Of a stretch of 64,000 nucleotides of DNA, positions 1 through 12,917 are shown piece after piece; the stretch's first letter is position 1; the number at the start of each line of letters is the position of its first letter. Position numbers and translations under genes: made by a program. Location of the stretch: assembly GCA_951406725.2 (NCBI GenBank), contig OX597830.1, positions 78,988,001 through 79,052,000 on the forward strand, given 5' to 3'. The notes under the pieces are model-generated. The model had not been told where the DNA came from and searched no databases. It was given only the letters and a program-made list of their open reading frames with translations. The stretch is from Octopus vulgaris (lineage: Eukaryota).

Positions 1-1186
1 CGGTGGATAAATTGTTACCATTTTATAGTTTTAATTTCGCGCGTGCGCATTGTTTTTGATTTTGTCAACTACACAGTATCGTAGGGTCAGTCGTGCACCG
101 TCTGTGAGAAAAACAGCACCATGACGCAATTTACTCTGCCAGAAATTTGGAAACAACATGCAGTACTGCTTGGCATTCACACCGGAAGTTCCAGTACGAA
201 TATTTCAGAGTGTTTGGGTGTCAATCTGAGGACAGTGCAGAGGATTCAGAATGAGTCGAATGAGCCAAATGGTGATTACGAAACTACAGCAGCTCAGAAA
301 ACTCACTCTGCTCGTTCTAATGAGACAAGAACTCCTGAATTTGTGGGTGAGATCCAAGCCATGATAGACAACGATCCCTCCAAGCCAATCAGGTCCATCA
401 CCAGGGACATGGGTGTATCTGAGTTTCTTGTCAGGCAGGTAGTGCATGAAGACATTTGGTATTCCTCTTACAAGAAGAGAAATGAGCCAATTTTTATCCC
501 AAACCACCAAAGACAAGAGGAATGACCGCGCAACGAAGCTTTTGAACAAACTCGAGCATCCCCTCCAACCGAACATGTTTTGGTTTTCTCGGACGAGAAA
601 AACTTCTGCCTGGATCACATGGTGAACACACAGATCAACCATTGGCTTGCCGTGTCCCCAAAACATGTACCGAGAATGATAAAAATCAAACATCCATTCA
701 ACATCATGGTGTCTGGAGTGATCACTAGTGATGGCGACGTTATGCTTCCATTCATCTTTCCACACAACCTCATACTCAACACAGAGGCCTACATCAAATG
801 CCTGGAGGAGGTAATGCTGTCCTTGGTCAAGAGAGTGGTCCCTATATCTGGCAACAGGACTTTGCACGATGCCACACAAGCAGGAGAACCCCCTTGATTA
901 TTATGCGTGGAGCGCAGTTGAGAGAGAGACCCGCGAAACTCCTTGTAGCACCAAAGATGAACTGAAGGCAAGGATTACGGAAGCATTTACCAACTTAAAC
1001 AAGGAGACCATCCAGAAGTGTTGCAGGAGATTCCGAAGTTGTGATTGAATCCAATGGCGATTTTATTGATTAAGTTTATTCTTTAATATTTCAAGGTATC
1101 TTTTGGCAGATATATCTGTTAAAATGATATGTCAGTGTTTTCATTTTTGCATAATTTAGACGACAATTTATTCACCGCACCCTCTG
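1..1186 (+). mobile_element. Decayed Tc1/mariner-superfamily DNA transposon (maT/DD37D-like)
   Basis: Window start CGGTGGATAAATTGT matches the reverse complement of ACAATTTATTCACCG near 1163-1177 (TIR). Frameshifted transposase: N-terminal HTH region (121-525), VFSDEK (D1), YIWQQDFARCH (D2), NPLDYYAW (D3 region). The WPPxSPD segment is deleted. Confidence 0.85.
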
Positions 1187-1273
1187 TGTGTGTGTCTGTG
1201 TGTGTATAAATATAAATATGCATAAATGTATATATATATACATATGTATATATAAATGCATATATATACATAT

Positions 1274-1319
<46 letters not shown>

Positions 1320-2056
1320 CCCAACATATGTATACACATACAGACATATATGCATATCACATGTATATGCACACACGCATAAGCATAGGTACGCAAATAT
1401 TTATAAATGCAGGTATATGGGGCGTGAGTCCGCATGGTGGTTTATCTAATTTTCATTCACAAGATGTGGATAAACCTGGATGTAGTAGACAACTTTCCAA
1501 AGTATCTCTCAGTGAGAGCGAAGCTGAAACTTTGTAATCATGAAGCGAAATTCTTAACCGTGCAGCAACGCATGCGCTCTTATGATAGCAAAACACATTA
1601 CATTAGTCGTATGGAAAATAAGTTGTAGAACAGCTACATTCAGCCAACCTTTTGATCCAGAAATAAACTCCTTTTCGTTAAAATATTTCTCAAGCTTGAA
1701 TGTGAAAGAAATCAACAACAGATTTATATTTTAGTCCGTTGTTGATAATACATAATTTTCTTGTATATCAGTGGATCACAAAAATACCTACTCTGCCTTG
1801 CTGAAAATATTCATTTTCCTAATGCAATCTCTTGATATGCTGAACATAAAATGTGAGCAAATGTCAAAATGCGGACATTAAAATAATCACCTTCTAAAAT
1901 ACTTTTGTCGCGTAACATATTGGCAACGTATGTCGCGTAACATATCGGCAATGATTATACGAGAAGTCCATAGCAGGTTGTCAGAGATTGTTCATTCCCA
2001 TTATTATTTGTTTCCTAGCAACAAATGTTATAAATAGCATGCCATCGCTTTCACAA

Positions 2057-3520
2057 TTATTACGACCACAACCACTATCACCCCAATTCCTCTCACCACT
2101 ATATCCACCACTGTAGCCGTTACTATAACTGCTACAATCACTAATACTTTCATCACTACTACAACCTATATGACTGCTACGACAACACTACCGCCACAAC
2201 ACTATAGCCATTTAATTTAATTACAGCTAACACATTATAACCAACGTAAACACCACTACACCCACTACTGCCATCACCACTACAACTACCACCACCACCA
2301 TCACCACCACTATAACAATAACCGCTACAATCTTAACCACACCAACATTCACAACCTCTGTCATAACCACTACTTGAACTACCACCGTAACCATCACCTA
2401 TATAACTACCACTAGCACTACCTCCGCAACAACTACAAGCAATGACACCCCTGACACAACTACATATACAACAACCACTGCCTCAACAACGTCCAGTATC
2501 AACACTACAACTACTGCTACAACATCACCACCACTACCACCACCACTACTACTACTGCCACTACTACTATTACTACTACTGCTATTACTACTACTATTAC
2601 TATTAGTATTACTACTATTATCACTACTACTTTTATTACTACTACAGCTATTAAAAATACTACTACTACCATTACTACTAGCATTTCTACAACTTCACCT
2701 CTACTATCACCCAAACCACCGCGTCGCTACAACTACCATCACTATAATCTCCAATACTAGAATCACCACAACCTATCCATCTCTACTATGGTCAAAGCCA
2801 CAATCACTACTACCACAACCACTATCATATATACCATCACCCTTAGCAACCCCCTGAAACCATTACAATACCACCATCACCAATACCATCTCCACAACAC
2901 CACAGTTACAGTCATAACCACTACCACTACAACCACCGCCAGAACTGTTATTGCTATAAATAATATCACTACTATTACACACAATCACTTCTACTTTCGC
3001 TACAAACTACCTCCACCATCACCAACCACCGCTATTATCACAGCAACCACTATTACCACCACCACCACCACAATCGCCACTATTCACGCCAAATCCACTA
3101 AAATTACTATCACCAACCACTACCACCACTACATGCTATTTATACCACCACCACCACTACCACCACCCCACTACCACCACCACCACTACCACCACCCCAC
3201 TACCACCACCGCTACTACCACCACCGCCACTACCACTACCACCACCACTGCCATCACTATTATCACTACCTCCACAATCGCCACTATTCTTACCAAAACC
3301 ACTAACACCATCACCACCATTACCGCTACCACCACGACTACTATTACCACAAACACCATGATTACCACCACTACTACAACAATCACCCCACCCCCCCCCC
3401 ACAATCTCCATTATCATCGCCGCAACCACCGGAATTTCACCACCACCACCACTAATACCAATATCACTACCACCACCACCACCACCACCACCACCACCCT
3501 TATCACTTCCACCACAACCA
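2057..3520. repeat. Degenerate (ACC/ACT)n trinucleotide low-complexity tract
   Basis: CAC/TAC periodicity throughout; source of the spurious Thr/His/Val-rich ORFs. Confidence 0.9.
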
Positions 3521-3660
3521 AAACTTTATGCAAATATAATCTTAGTAATTGGTTTCGAATTATTTTGGTAGACAGCTATTGTAGAGTTTTCTGCTGACAG
3601 GGGAATGTCGGCTGCGGGTCAGGGGCAGACAATCCTTCAACACTAATTGCAGCAAACAGA

Positions 3661-3678
3661 CACCACTAGAGGTCACTA
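3661..3678 (+). promoter_or_regulatory. Candidate CTCF-binding motif
   Basis: CCACTAGAGGTCAC in unique sequence; close to the CTCF core consensus CCACYAGRGGGCRC. Motif match only. Confidence 0.35.
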
Positions 3679-3924
3679 TCATCAATCATGGCCGACGTAA
3701 CTAATTTTCTTGATGTGTTTTCATTTCGTCGGCGGAATTTCTCTACTTTTGTCTCAGTTGCTTTTATTTTATGTATTCATTTTGTCATATTTCGTGTGTA
3801 TATATGTATGGGTGTATAGCTATGCATGTGAACGTGTTTCCTTTTGTCCGTTACTTCATTATATATTATATATTTATTATTATATATTTATTATTATTAT
3901 TATTATCATTATTATTATTATTAT

Positions 3925-3962
<38 letters not shown>

Positions 3963-4194
3963 TTTGTTTTTGCTCTTGTTTTGTTCATTTAGCTGTCGTT
4001 TTCTTACAAGCAAAGCTATGTTAGCGAGCGAGCAACAATGTAATCAACACAAAGATAATGGTAGTACCGCCCCCCCCCCCGCGCCTTCCCCACCATTACC
4101 ATTACAATTACGACCACCACCACCACCATTACGGCTAGTGCTAATACCATTACTAACAACCATCAACACCATCATCTCTACCAGTACGAATACA

Positions 4195-4385
4195 TATTTC
4201 TTTACTACCCACAAGGGGCTAAACACAGAAGGGACAAACAAGGACAGACAAACGGATTAAGTCGATATATATATCGACCCCAGTGCGTAACTGGTACTTA
4301 TTTAATCGACCCCCGAAAGGATGGAAGGCAAAGTCGACCTCAGCGGAATTTGAACTCGGAACGTAACGGCAGACGAAAATACCAG
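4195..4385 (-). mobile_element. SINE family B copy lacking its head (Meta/MESC-like core)
   Basis: Reverse complement of the 11093-11330 element body and tail. Confidence 0.85.
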
Positions 4386-5231
4386 CACGAATACCCATCT
4401 TCACAACCTGAAGCCACGCGGTATTAAGATTCTACGTGGTCCCTCGAATTTCTAGCTGCAGTCAAATCTCTCCCAAATTTCACTATGCCAAATTAAGAAG
4501 AAAAAAAGGTGGTGATACATTGGGTGATATCGACTTCCTTAATGAATACTGACCCATCGCTAAACAACAGCATTGCCATTGACACCAACATCACATCTTC
4601 TGTGTCACTATATGTGACACGCCATCGAGGGAGCGTCTATGTGGTCACTAAATTTGTTGGAAATAGCACTCAAAATCTCCCTCAAATCACAATCTACTGT
4701 CTTAAATATCGAAACGATAAACCGGATATTGCAGTCTTTAGAATGACGAGGTCACATTTGGAATGCTTTTGATCAGAGACATGTTCAATCATTAAGAAAT
4801 AACATCCCAAATCTCCCTCAATTCACGCTCAACCGTTTTAAAGGATACATTGAATATTGCAGTCTTGCATATTCTTTAAATGACGAGAAGGTCACCGTTG
4901 GAATGCGTTTGATCATAGGTTTGCTCATTCGTGGTTAACCTGGGGTTAAAAAACAACAATGCCAACGACCTTCATCAAGAACACTAATATTAAGATTCCT
5001 GATGAGACTGGTATCGGCACCACCATCACTTTCCTACTGTTTAATTTCTGTTTAGCCCTGAGTGGGGATAATTCTGATCAAAAGCGCTCCAGCTGCGACG
5101 ATTCTCATTTTCTCGTGTGTTACGCATTTATCACTACAATTCTCCAAGATCACGTAAATGCTTTTCCTAACATTATATGGATCGCCCGAAAAGACTACCT
5201 TAGCCTTAGCTAGACTCTGTGTGTGTGTGTG

Positions 5232-6829
5232 TAACCCAAAATTATGGAATGGACTTGATAAAATCGAGGCTACATATGTTTCATAGCTAGCAGGACCTCA
5301 GAAGTAGTAATTGCCCAAACGAGGAGTAATCCGCTAGCTACTTGTCACAGTCAGAAGTGTACAAAGCTGCTATGAGATGGGTCGCAAAGATAAAGCAGGA
5401 ACTAAACGCAACTTATAAAAAAATGACCAGTGGGTGCTCCATTTCGATGGAAAGGTTATGAAGGGTGAAGAAAAACAAACTGTTGTAGTGATAAAACAAT
5501 ACAAGAGAAATTAGATTAGCGGCACTAACTTATTACGACCACAACCACTATCACCCCAATTCCTCTCACCACTATATCCACCACTGTAGCCGTTACTATA
5601 ACTGCTACAATCACTAATACTTTCATCACCACTACAACCTATATGACTGCTACGACAACACTACCGCCACAACACTATAGACATTTAATTTAAGTACAGC
5701 TACCACATTATAACAAACGTAAACACCACTACACCCACTACTACCATCACTACACTACAACTAACTTAGCAGAGCAGATACCATTTTTCAAGGACTAAAG
5801 GATGTTTTGGATGATTACGAATTGTGGCCAGCAATCAAAATAATCATCACAGACACATGTGGTGTAAATACAGGAAAGCTTACTAGAGTGGTCATTCAAC
5901 TTCAGAACGAATTCATAAAATGTGGCCATCCTGCACTTCAATACATTGGTTGCCAACAGCATGTGTTAGACCGCCTCCTAAAACATGTGATGGATAATAC
6001 ACTGAAAGGAAAAACTGCACCACCGAATATATCATATCCATTCATGGACGATTTAATAAAAAAAACTATGAGGATTTGGTGGCAGAATGGAAACAAGGCG
6101 AAGAAGGACTTCAAATGGATGATAATCCTGGCTGGAGAGATGACCTTAAGTTTTTATTTGAACTTGGTCATGCTTTCCGATTTTATCAGCAACAAAACAT
6201 TTTCCTAGAAATTAAGTTTAGAAAACATCCTAGACTTCGCAATGTCCGTTGGAATTCACGAGCAATCTAGGCCATCCTCACATATATGCTTCTACCACAA
6301 AGTAGAGAAAAACTCTACAACGTGAGGTGTTTTATCAGCGGAAACTGGATGGAAATGTGGTTTTGTGACCAAAGGTTTGACAGCATGGCCTACCAGAAAC
6401 TTTCAGAAGCAGCTTCTGGATATACTAAAGCATGCAAATGCTTGAAAGTTAATTGGAATTTTGAAGAATCAGAAATTCGAGATGTTCAGCGTTCAAACAT
6501 GTGCTGAAAGTGCAGTAAAAATAATGGAGGAATTAGATTGCGGATCTTCTGAAAAATTAAATCTGCGATTTGTGTTAACCAACAAGGATTTTTGAAGACA
6601 GCTGTTGAATGAGGCTGCACTTATTACATAAACAATGTATAACAGTACGTTTTATTACTTGAACAATATACGCATGTCCGTTGTAAAAGTGTTGTCAAAT
6701 ATATTGTTATTGGTGGAGGAGTCTTTTGTATCAAAGAAAGAAATGATTAGGATTTTTTTTCTCATTATACCATAAAGTTCACCTTCTGGTACCTTAGCTT
6801 TACTCGACTTGAAGAAAGTCATCACCCTA
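5232..6829 (+). mobile_element. hAT-superfamily (hATm-like) transposon remnant with broken transposase
   Basis: Motifs across frames: VLHFDGK (~5434-5454), IITDTCGVNTG, IGCQQHVLD (CxxH), NVRWNSRAI, RSNMCAESAVK. Right end CACCCTA (6823-6829) is the reverse complement of a TAGGGTG terminus. Left part lost at a (TG)n tract. Confidence 0.7.
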
Positions 6830-6832
6830 GTC

Positions 6833-7394
<562 letters not shown>

Positions 7395-7618
7395 TTTCTA
7401 CCCCTAACCGATGTTGCAGTGTTTACGTTCCCATAACTTAGCGGTTCGGCGAAAGACACTGTTAGAATAAGTAGTATGCTTACAAAGAATAATTCCTGTG
7501 GTCGATTTGTTCGACCTAAGGCGATGCTCCAGCATGCCTGCAGTCACATCACTGAAACAAGTAAAACAATACAAAAAAACTATGCCATTTTAATCCCGAG
7601 CAAGACCGGGTATGTCTG

Positions 7619-7666
<48 letters not shown>

Positions 7667-7668
<2 letters not shown>

Positions 7669-8279
7669 GTGAAATAGAAAGATGAATAATCTTGTAGTAG
7701 ATTAATCAAAAGTTTAACCGATACCTTAGTAGCAAAAATCACAGCAGTAAAACAGCTCGGTTGGAGGTACAACCATATGGTGTTGCAACCGTGCGTTGGT
7801 GCGGATAATTGAAATTAGAACATTATTGGTGAATTGAAGAAATGGAGCTGAACGCAGATTGAACAGAAATCGTTTTATTTCATTCTACACGTGTTTCGAA
7901 AGGCACAAATTACCAAAATCCGATGGAATAATGGGACCATATTGTGTCTTTCTCTTCAGGAAGAAAATAGGAAATCCGTTGGAAAAACAAAAACAGAACA
8001 GAGGCGGAGCAAAACAAATCGAACTATGCTCCTAAGAGCATAGTTGGTTTTCGCCATGGGCTCTTAGGAGCATAGTTCGATTTGTTTTTGCTCCGCCTCT
8101 GTTCTGTTTTTGTTTTTCCAACGGATTTCCTATTTTCTTCCTGAAGAGAAAGACACAATATGGTCCCATTATTCCATCGGATTTTGGTAATTTGTGCCTT
8201 TCGAAACACGTGTAGAATGAAATAAAACGATTTCTGTTCAATCTGCGTTCAGCTCCATTTCTTCAATTCACCAATAATG

Positions 8280-8284
<5 letters not shown>
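7667..8284. mobile_element. (TA)n-flanked palindromic module, Penelope-like pLTR type
   Basis: Arms 7816-8039 and 8060-8284 are near-perfect reverse complements around a 20-nt spacer. (TA)n on both sides. Each arm carries a hammerhead motif followed by AATAAA. Confidence 0.75.
8132..8224 (+). ncRNA. Type I hammerhead ribozyme motif (mirror copy on - at ~7876-7968)
   Basis: TTC-CTGAAGA(8141-8147)-stem II GAAAGACACAA/TTGTGCCTTTC-GAAA(8203-8206)-CACGTG-TA-GAA. Predicted cut after GUA at 8214; palindromic stem III. Confidence 0.7.
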
Positions 8285-8332
<48 letters not shown>

Positions 8333-8336
<4 letters not shown>

Positions 8337-8530
8337 GAATCCAAACATAGAATAACAAACAAGAAAGAACAACAACGCGGGGACGTGGTACAAGTACTGT
8401 ATTATCAGACGCTCAGGAACGGAAAGAAAGAGGATTTTACGTTTCGGATAAAACCTCTTCTTCAGAAATAGAGAAAAGTCTAAAAGAAGGGAAGACGGAG
8501 GAAGAAAATCGCCAACGATGCACACGTGGT
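8333..8530 (-). mobile_element. Microsatellite-embedded module with a degenerate hammerhead motif (8434-8469)
   Basis: Minus strand ATTT-CTGAAGA-A-GAGGTTTTATCC-GAAA-CG-TA-AAAT; homologous to 30316-30508 (+) and 15712-15792 (+). Confidence 0.55.
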
Positions 8531-8538
8531 TACATACA

Positions 8539-8638
<100 letters not shown>

Positions 8639-9069
8639 CAGACACAAGGAGAGAGAAAGAGAGAGAGAGTAAATCAAAATATCTCATAGGTGAGTTTGTT
8701 CACAAAGGATTTAGTTAACTAAATAGTTTATGAACAAAGTCTCCTGTTAACTTTTTTTCTTCTATAGTATTCATAAATTATTTACTAAGCTGAATAATTT
8801 ATAAACAAACTTTCCTTTGTATATATATTTTTTTCCCTATACGTACTCTGTGACTTATCAAATTATAGGATCCGACTGAATGAATCTCGGACACTTCTTC
8901 GTCACAGTTTCCTTTCTGCATGAATACGAATACACATTGGAAATAACGATTTTCTTTTTTTGTCATGCAATTTAAACTGAAATCAAACAACATAATTATA
9001 TAAATATACGTGATACAAACAAATATACAGACATATATACACACATAAATACATACAAAGAATCATACT

Positions 9070-9169
9070 TACAAACATACATTCATATGTACATACATAC
9101 ATACATACATACATACATACATACATACATACATACATACATACATACATACATACATACATACATACA

Positions 9170-9200
<31 letters not shown>

Positions 9201-9343
9201 GTGCATACATATACATTCATACATACATACATACATACATACATACAAACATACATGCATACAAACATACATACGTACGTACATACATACATACATACAT
9301 ACATACATACATGCATACAAACATACATACGTACGTACATACA

Positions 9344-9377
<34 letters not shown>

Positions 9378-9651
9378 CATACATACATACATACATACGT
9401 ACATACATACATACATACGTACATACGTACATACATACATGCATATGTACATACATACATACATACATACATACATACAGACAGACAGACAAACATACAT
9501 ACATACATACATACATACATACATACATACATACATACATACATACATACATACATACATACATACATACATACATACGTACATACGTACATACATACAT
9601 GCATATGTACATACATACATACATACATACATACATACATACATACGTACG

Positions 9652-9685
<34 letters not shown>

Positions 9686-9922
9686 CATACATACATATAT
9701 ACATACTACAAACATAAATGCATACATACATAAATACATACATACATACATACATACATACATACATACATACATACATACATACATACATGACATGCAT
9801 GCATGAATAAATACGTACATGCAAAATAAAAACATACATACATACATACGTGTAGTATCTATGTATGTATGTATGTATGTATGTATGTATGTACGTACGT
9901 ATGTATGTATGTATGTATGTAT
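9070..9922. repeat. Long (ACAT)n tract followed by an inverted (ATGT)n tract
   Basis: Directly visible. Confidence 0.95.
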
Positions 9923-10530
9923 GCTTCTTCTTTGATGATGACGGTAATATTGGCAACAAGACATCGATGTTGGTTGAGTGGGCGACGAAGATGGCGGCGC
10001 ACACACAACCATGTTGTGATGGTGATTACTTTAAAAGTGTTGCTAAGCAATTAGGTTAATTAGGCTTGCATATAAACATATATGTGCACACCATGATTAC
10101 TTTGGGATTGTTGCTAAGCAACTAGCTTAATTACACTGGTACACGAACAAGCCAACACGTATATGCACACGTATATACACGCTTATACACGCAAAAGGTA
10201 CTTCACACAGATTTCTTTTCACATAAGTGATCTTTTAAGATCTAATTCTCCACGTGATCCCTCAACAATGGTTATACGTAGATACGTGTTTGTGTGTGTG
10301 TGTGTGTGTGTGTAAGACAGTCTTGACGAAAGCGACCAAACTGAAACTTTAAAGACACTATCGACCATTAATATCTTAATAAACGTGCACTTTACTAAAA
10401 AGATATTGAGTAATGTTTCAGTATAAGGTTAAATGGATTTTATATATAACTTCATATAGGCGCTAGTAAAAGAATAAAGAAAATATATAGAAGCACGCAC
10501 ATCAAAACACAAACTCACCTACATGAATAA

Positions 10531-10603
<73 letters not shown>

Positions 10604-10624
10604 TAACAGAGAGAGAGAGAGATG

Positions 10625-11995
10625 TTTTGCGTCAACTTAAAAACGGGAAAGCTTCTGATATTGATGGTATTCCTGCAGAAGAGCTGAAATCAAAAGGGAA
10701 AAAGAAACAGGATGGTGGATTTTCATCATAATCATAATATATAATCGATGGGTAATCGATATAGTTTCTCTCGATCGGTATGTGCTTGGGGGCTTATGTC
10801 ACTGATGGTGTTGTGCAACGGGGAACGAGGATTATCACCTGTGGCATTTCTGCCCTAAAAGTTACAGGGAAAATATCTGCTTACTGATTTTTGATCAGGT
10901 TTTCACGTTGGGCAAGAAGCCAATGAATATAATTTTGCTTTGGATTTTCTTCAGCTACGGTTTCCAGAAGCTGAATATTGCCAGGACTTAATCGTCCAGA
11001 TCAAGAGAAATCTACGGGATAAAAATTTCCCGAGCGATATTGGCCAAACCGTCGTTGGTATTTCCAGATATTTAAAACTCTATCTTTTCGGTAAGGCGAC
11101 GAGCTGGCAGAAACGTTAGCACGCCGGGCGAAATGCTTAGCAGTATTTCGTCTGCCGCTACGTTCTGAGTTCAAATTCCGCCGAGGTCGACTTTGCCTTT
11201 CATCCTTTCGGGGTCAATAAAATAAGTACCAGTTACGCACTGGGGTCGATGTAATCGACTAAATCCCTTTGTCTGTCCTTGTTTGTCCTCTTTGTGTTTA
11301 GCCCCTAGTGGGTAGTAAAGAAATAGGTATTTCCAGATACTTAAATCTTAATTTCCATAGATAGAACGAATAATTCTTACCACTTCCATAAGTGAAGAAA
11401 CCCCTTCTGAATTCATGTAGCGTGTTTTATCTGATATGGGTCTGGTGTAAACTTATTTTAAAATGGTAAAATCGACACAGATCTAACCACTATAATATAA
11501 AGAGACGGAGAAAATCAGCTAGTCGACTGCTTGAGAAATATATTGAGTAGAGAGACTTGACCCCTGGCATTGCTTCATTGACCTCACTAAGATTTTACAT
11601 TTACTGACTCTTTATGTATTACACGAAATTCTCAGAAATGTTGATTGTCCTAATATATATTTACAAATACACCTTTTCAATCAGTGGTGGTGTAAAACAA
11701 GGTGATGTAATCATTCCTACTCTGTTTACCGTATATTTCCCAATAGGTTATTTTTTTTTTCTTTTCAATTGCTTTCAAAACACTGCTATGAAGTTATTTA
11801 TATTTGCCATCACAGAACTGATAAGTTATTCGACCTCAAATCAATTAATTCTAAATCACACATTTTTTAATATTTTGTAACTTTGATAAGATCTCTCGTA
11901 GACTGACAACTATAAGGTTGCCCCCACTCAAAGTTTTATAGACATAATTCCATTGGAACTTAACACGTTGGGCTTCACAATAAACTTAATGAAAC
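10625..11995 (+). mobile_element. Old RTE-clade LINE reverse-transcriptase fragments (also ~25207-26577)
   Basis: LKNGKASDIDGIPAEELK, DQVFTL, FIDLTK, FSISGGVKQGDVIIPTLF, GFTINL with stops and frameshifts; interrupted by a SINE. Confidence 0.75.
11093..11330 (+). mobile_element. SINE family B, full length (also ~25675-25912)
   Basis: Head GGCGRCGAGCTGGCAGAA...GAGTTCAAATTCC (A/B-box-like); core GCCTTTCATCCTTTCGGGGTC..AAGTACCAG resembling the Meta/MESC domain; more than ten copies in the window. Confidence 0.9.
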
Positions 11996-12079
11996 TATTG
12001 TTCCGCATCAGCTCTGCCTTGGAAATCTTCGTATGGATCCAAAAAATAACAATATATGGTAAAACTTAGTAATCACAAC

Positions 12080-12361
12080 GTTTGTTCCTTCTCGAGCCAT
12101 GCCTGGCTCATAAGAGCCGGTTTCCTGGTTTCCTTGGCGTATAGGTTCCCCACCTGGACGGGATGCCGGTCCGTCGCAAGATGCAGGAGGAAAGAGTGAG
12201 AGAAAGTTGTGGCGAAAGAGTCAGCAGAAGTTCGCCATTACCTTCTGCCGGAGTCACATGGAGATTTGGTGTTTTCGCTCATAAACACACTCAGGGCCCG
12301 GTCTGGGATTCGAACCTGCGATTGCGAGTCCGCTGCTTTAACCACTAGGCCATCTGCCTCC
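12080..12361 (-). mobile_element. tRNA-derived SINE with a family C-like head (also ~26662-26943)
   Basis: Minus strand begins GGAGGCAGATGGCCTAGTGGTTAAAGC...GGTTCGAATCCC (A and B boxes). Confidence 0.8.
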
Positions 12362-12519
12362 ACAATCATGACGTGTATGATACTTATTAACTATTCAAAT
12401 AATAATAATAATAATGAAACGTAGACTGTTAACTTCACTCAATTATTTAATATTTTGTGACAAAATTGTCGACGCTTTATCTGCGACGTAGAACTGCGTT
12501 AGTGACAGTGCAACGAAAA

Positions 12520-12917
12520 TCTTTATATATAAAAGTGAAGTTGTGTGTCTGTCTCCTACGATTTAGATTCGTAACTACTCCCACATTTTGCAGTGCAGTT
12601 TAACCAAAATCGGGTATCTTATAGTCGTGATTCATATCGAGCCCTTCTGGGTATTAGCGCGCGTCTACGATGAGTCTACGATTTAAAAAAAAATTACCAT
12701 ATTTTTTTTCCATTTTAATGCATTTTTTTCGCTATTATATAAGGGAAGTAACTCTCTAAAAATGTCTACGATGAGTCAACGATTTAAAAAAAAATTTACC
12801 ATATTTTCTTTTCCATTTTTAATGCATATTTTTGCTATTTTTTGGCTATAACTCTCTAAAAATGCTTATATAGCTATTTCCCTTACCAACCCGAGCAACA
12901 CCGGGCGACACTGCTAG
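12520..12917 (+). mobile_element. Non-autonomous Helitron (also 27102-27499)
   Basis: Inserted between A and T; 5' TC; subterminal hairpin CCCGAGCAACACCGGG; 3' CTAG; no TSD. An isolated similar 3' end lies at ~7595-7622. Confidence 0.85.

Noticed and set aside
2788-3597. 269-aa Thr-rich mucin-like ORF
   Set aside because: Arises from a degenerate (ACC/ACT)n tract; no signal peptide, domain or splice support, and neighbouring repeat sequence is full of stops.
4998-5025. CTGATGAG hammerhead-like core
   Set aside because: No stem II partner or GAAA follows; chance match.
9967-9982. AAGATGGCGGC (YY1-like or start-codon context)
   Set aside because: Isolated motif beside a microsatellite; the downstream frame closes quickly and there is no other promoter evidence.
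10314-10360. TTGACGAA..GAAACTTTAAAGAC as a functional ribozyme
   Set aside because: Core and stems are degenerate; kept only as a possible relic in the overview finding.
12290-12361. tRNA genes here and at 15790, 45500 and 45764
   Set aside because: A/B boxes are present but continue into SINE bodies; no complete cloverleaf.
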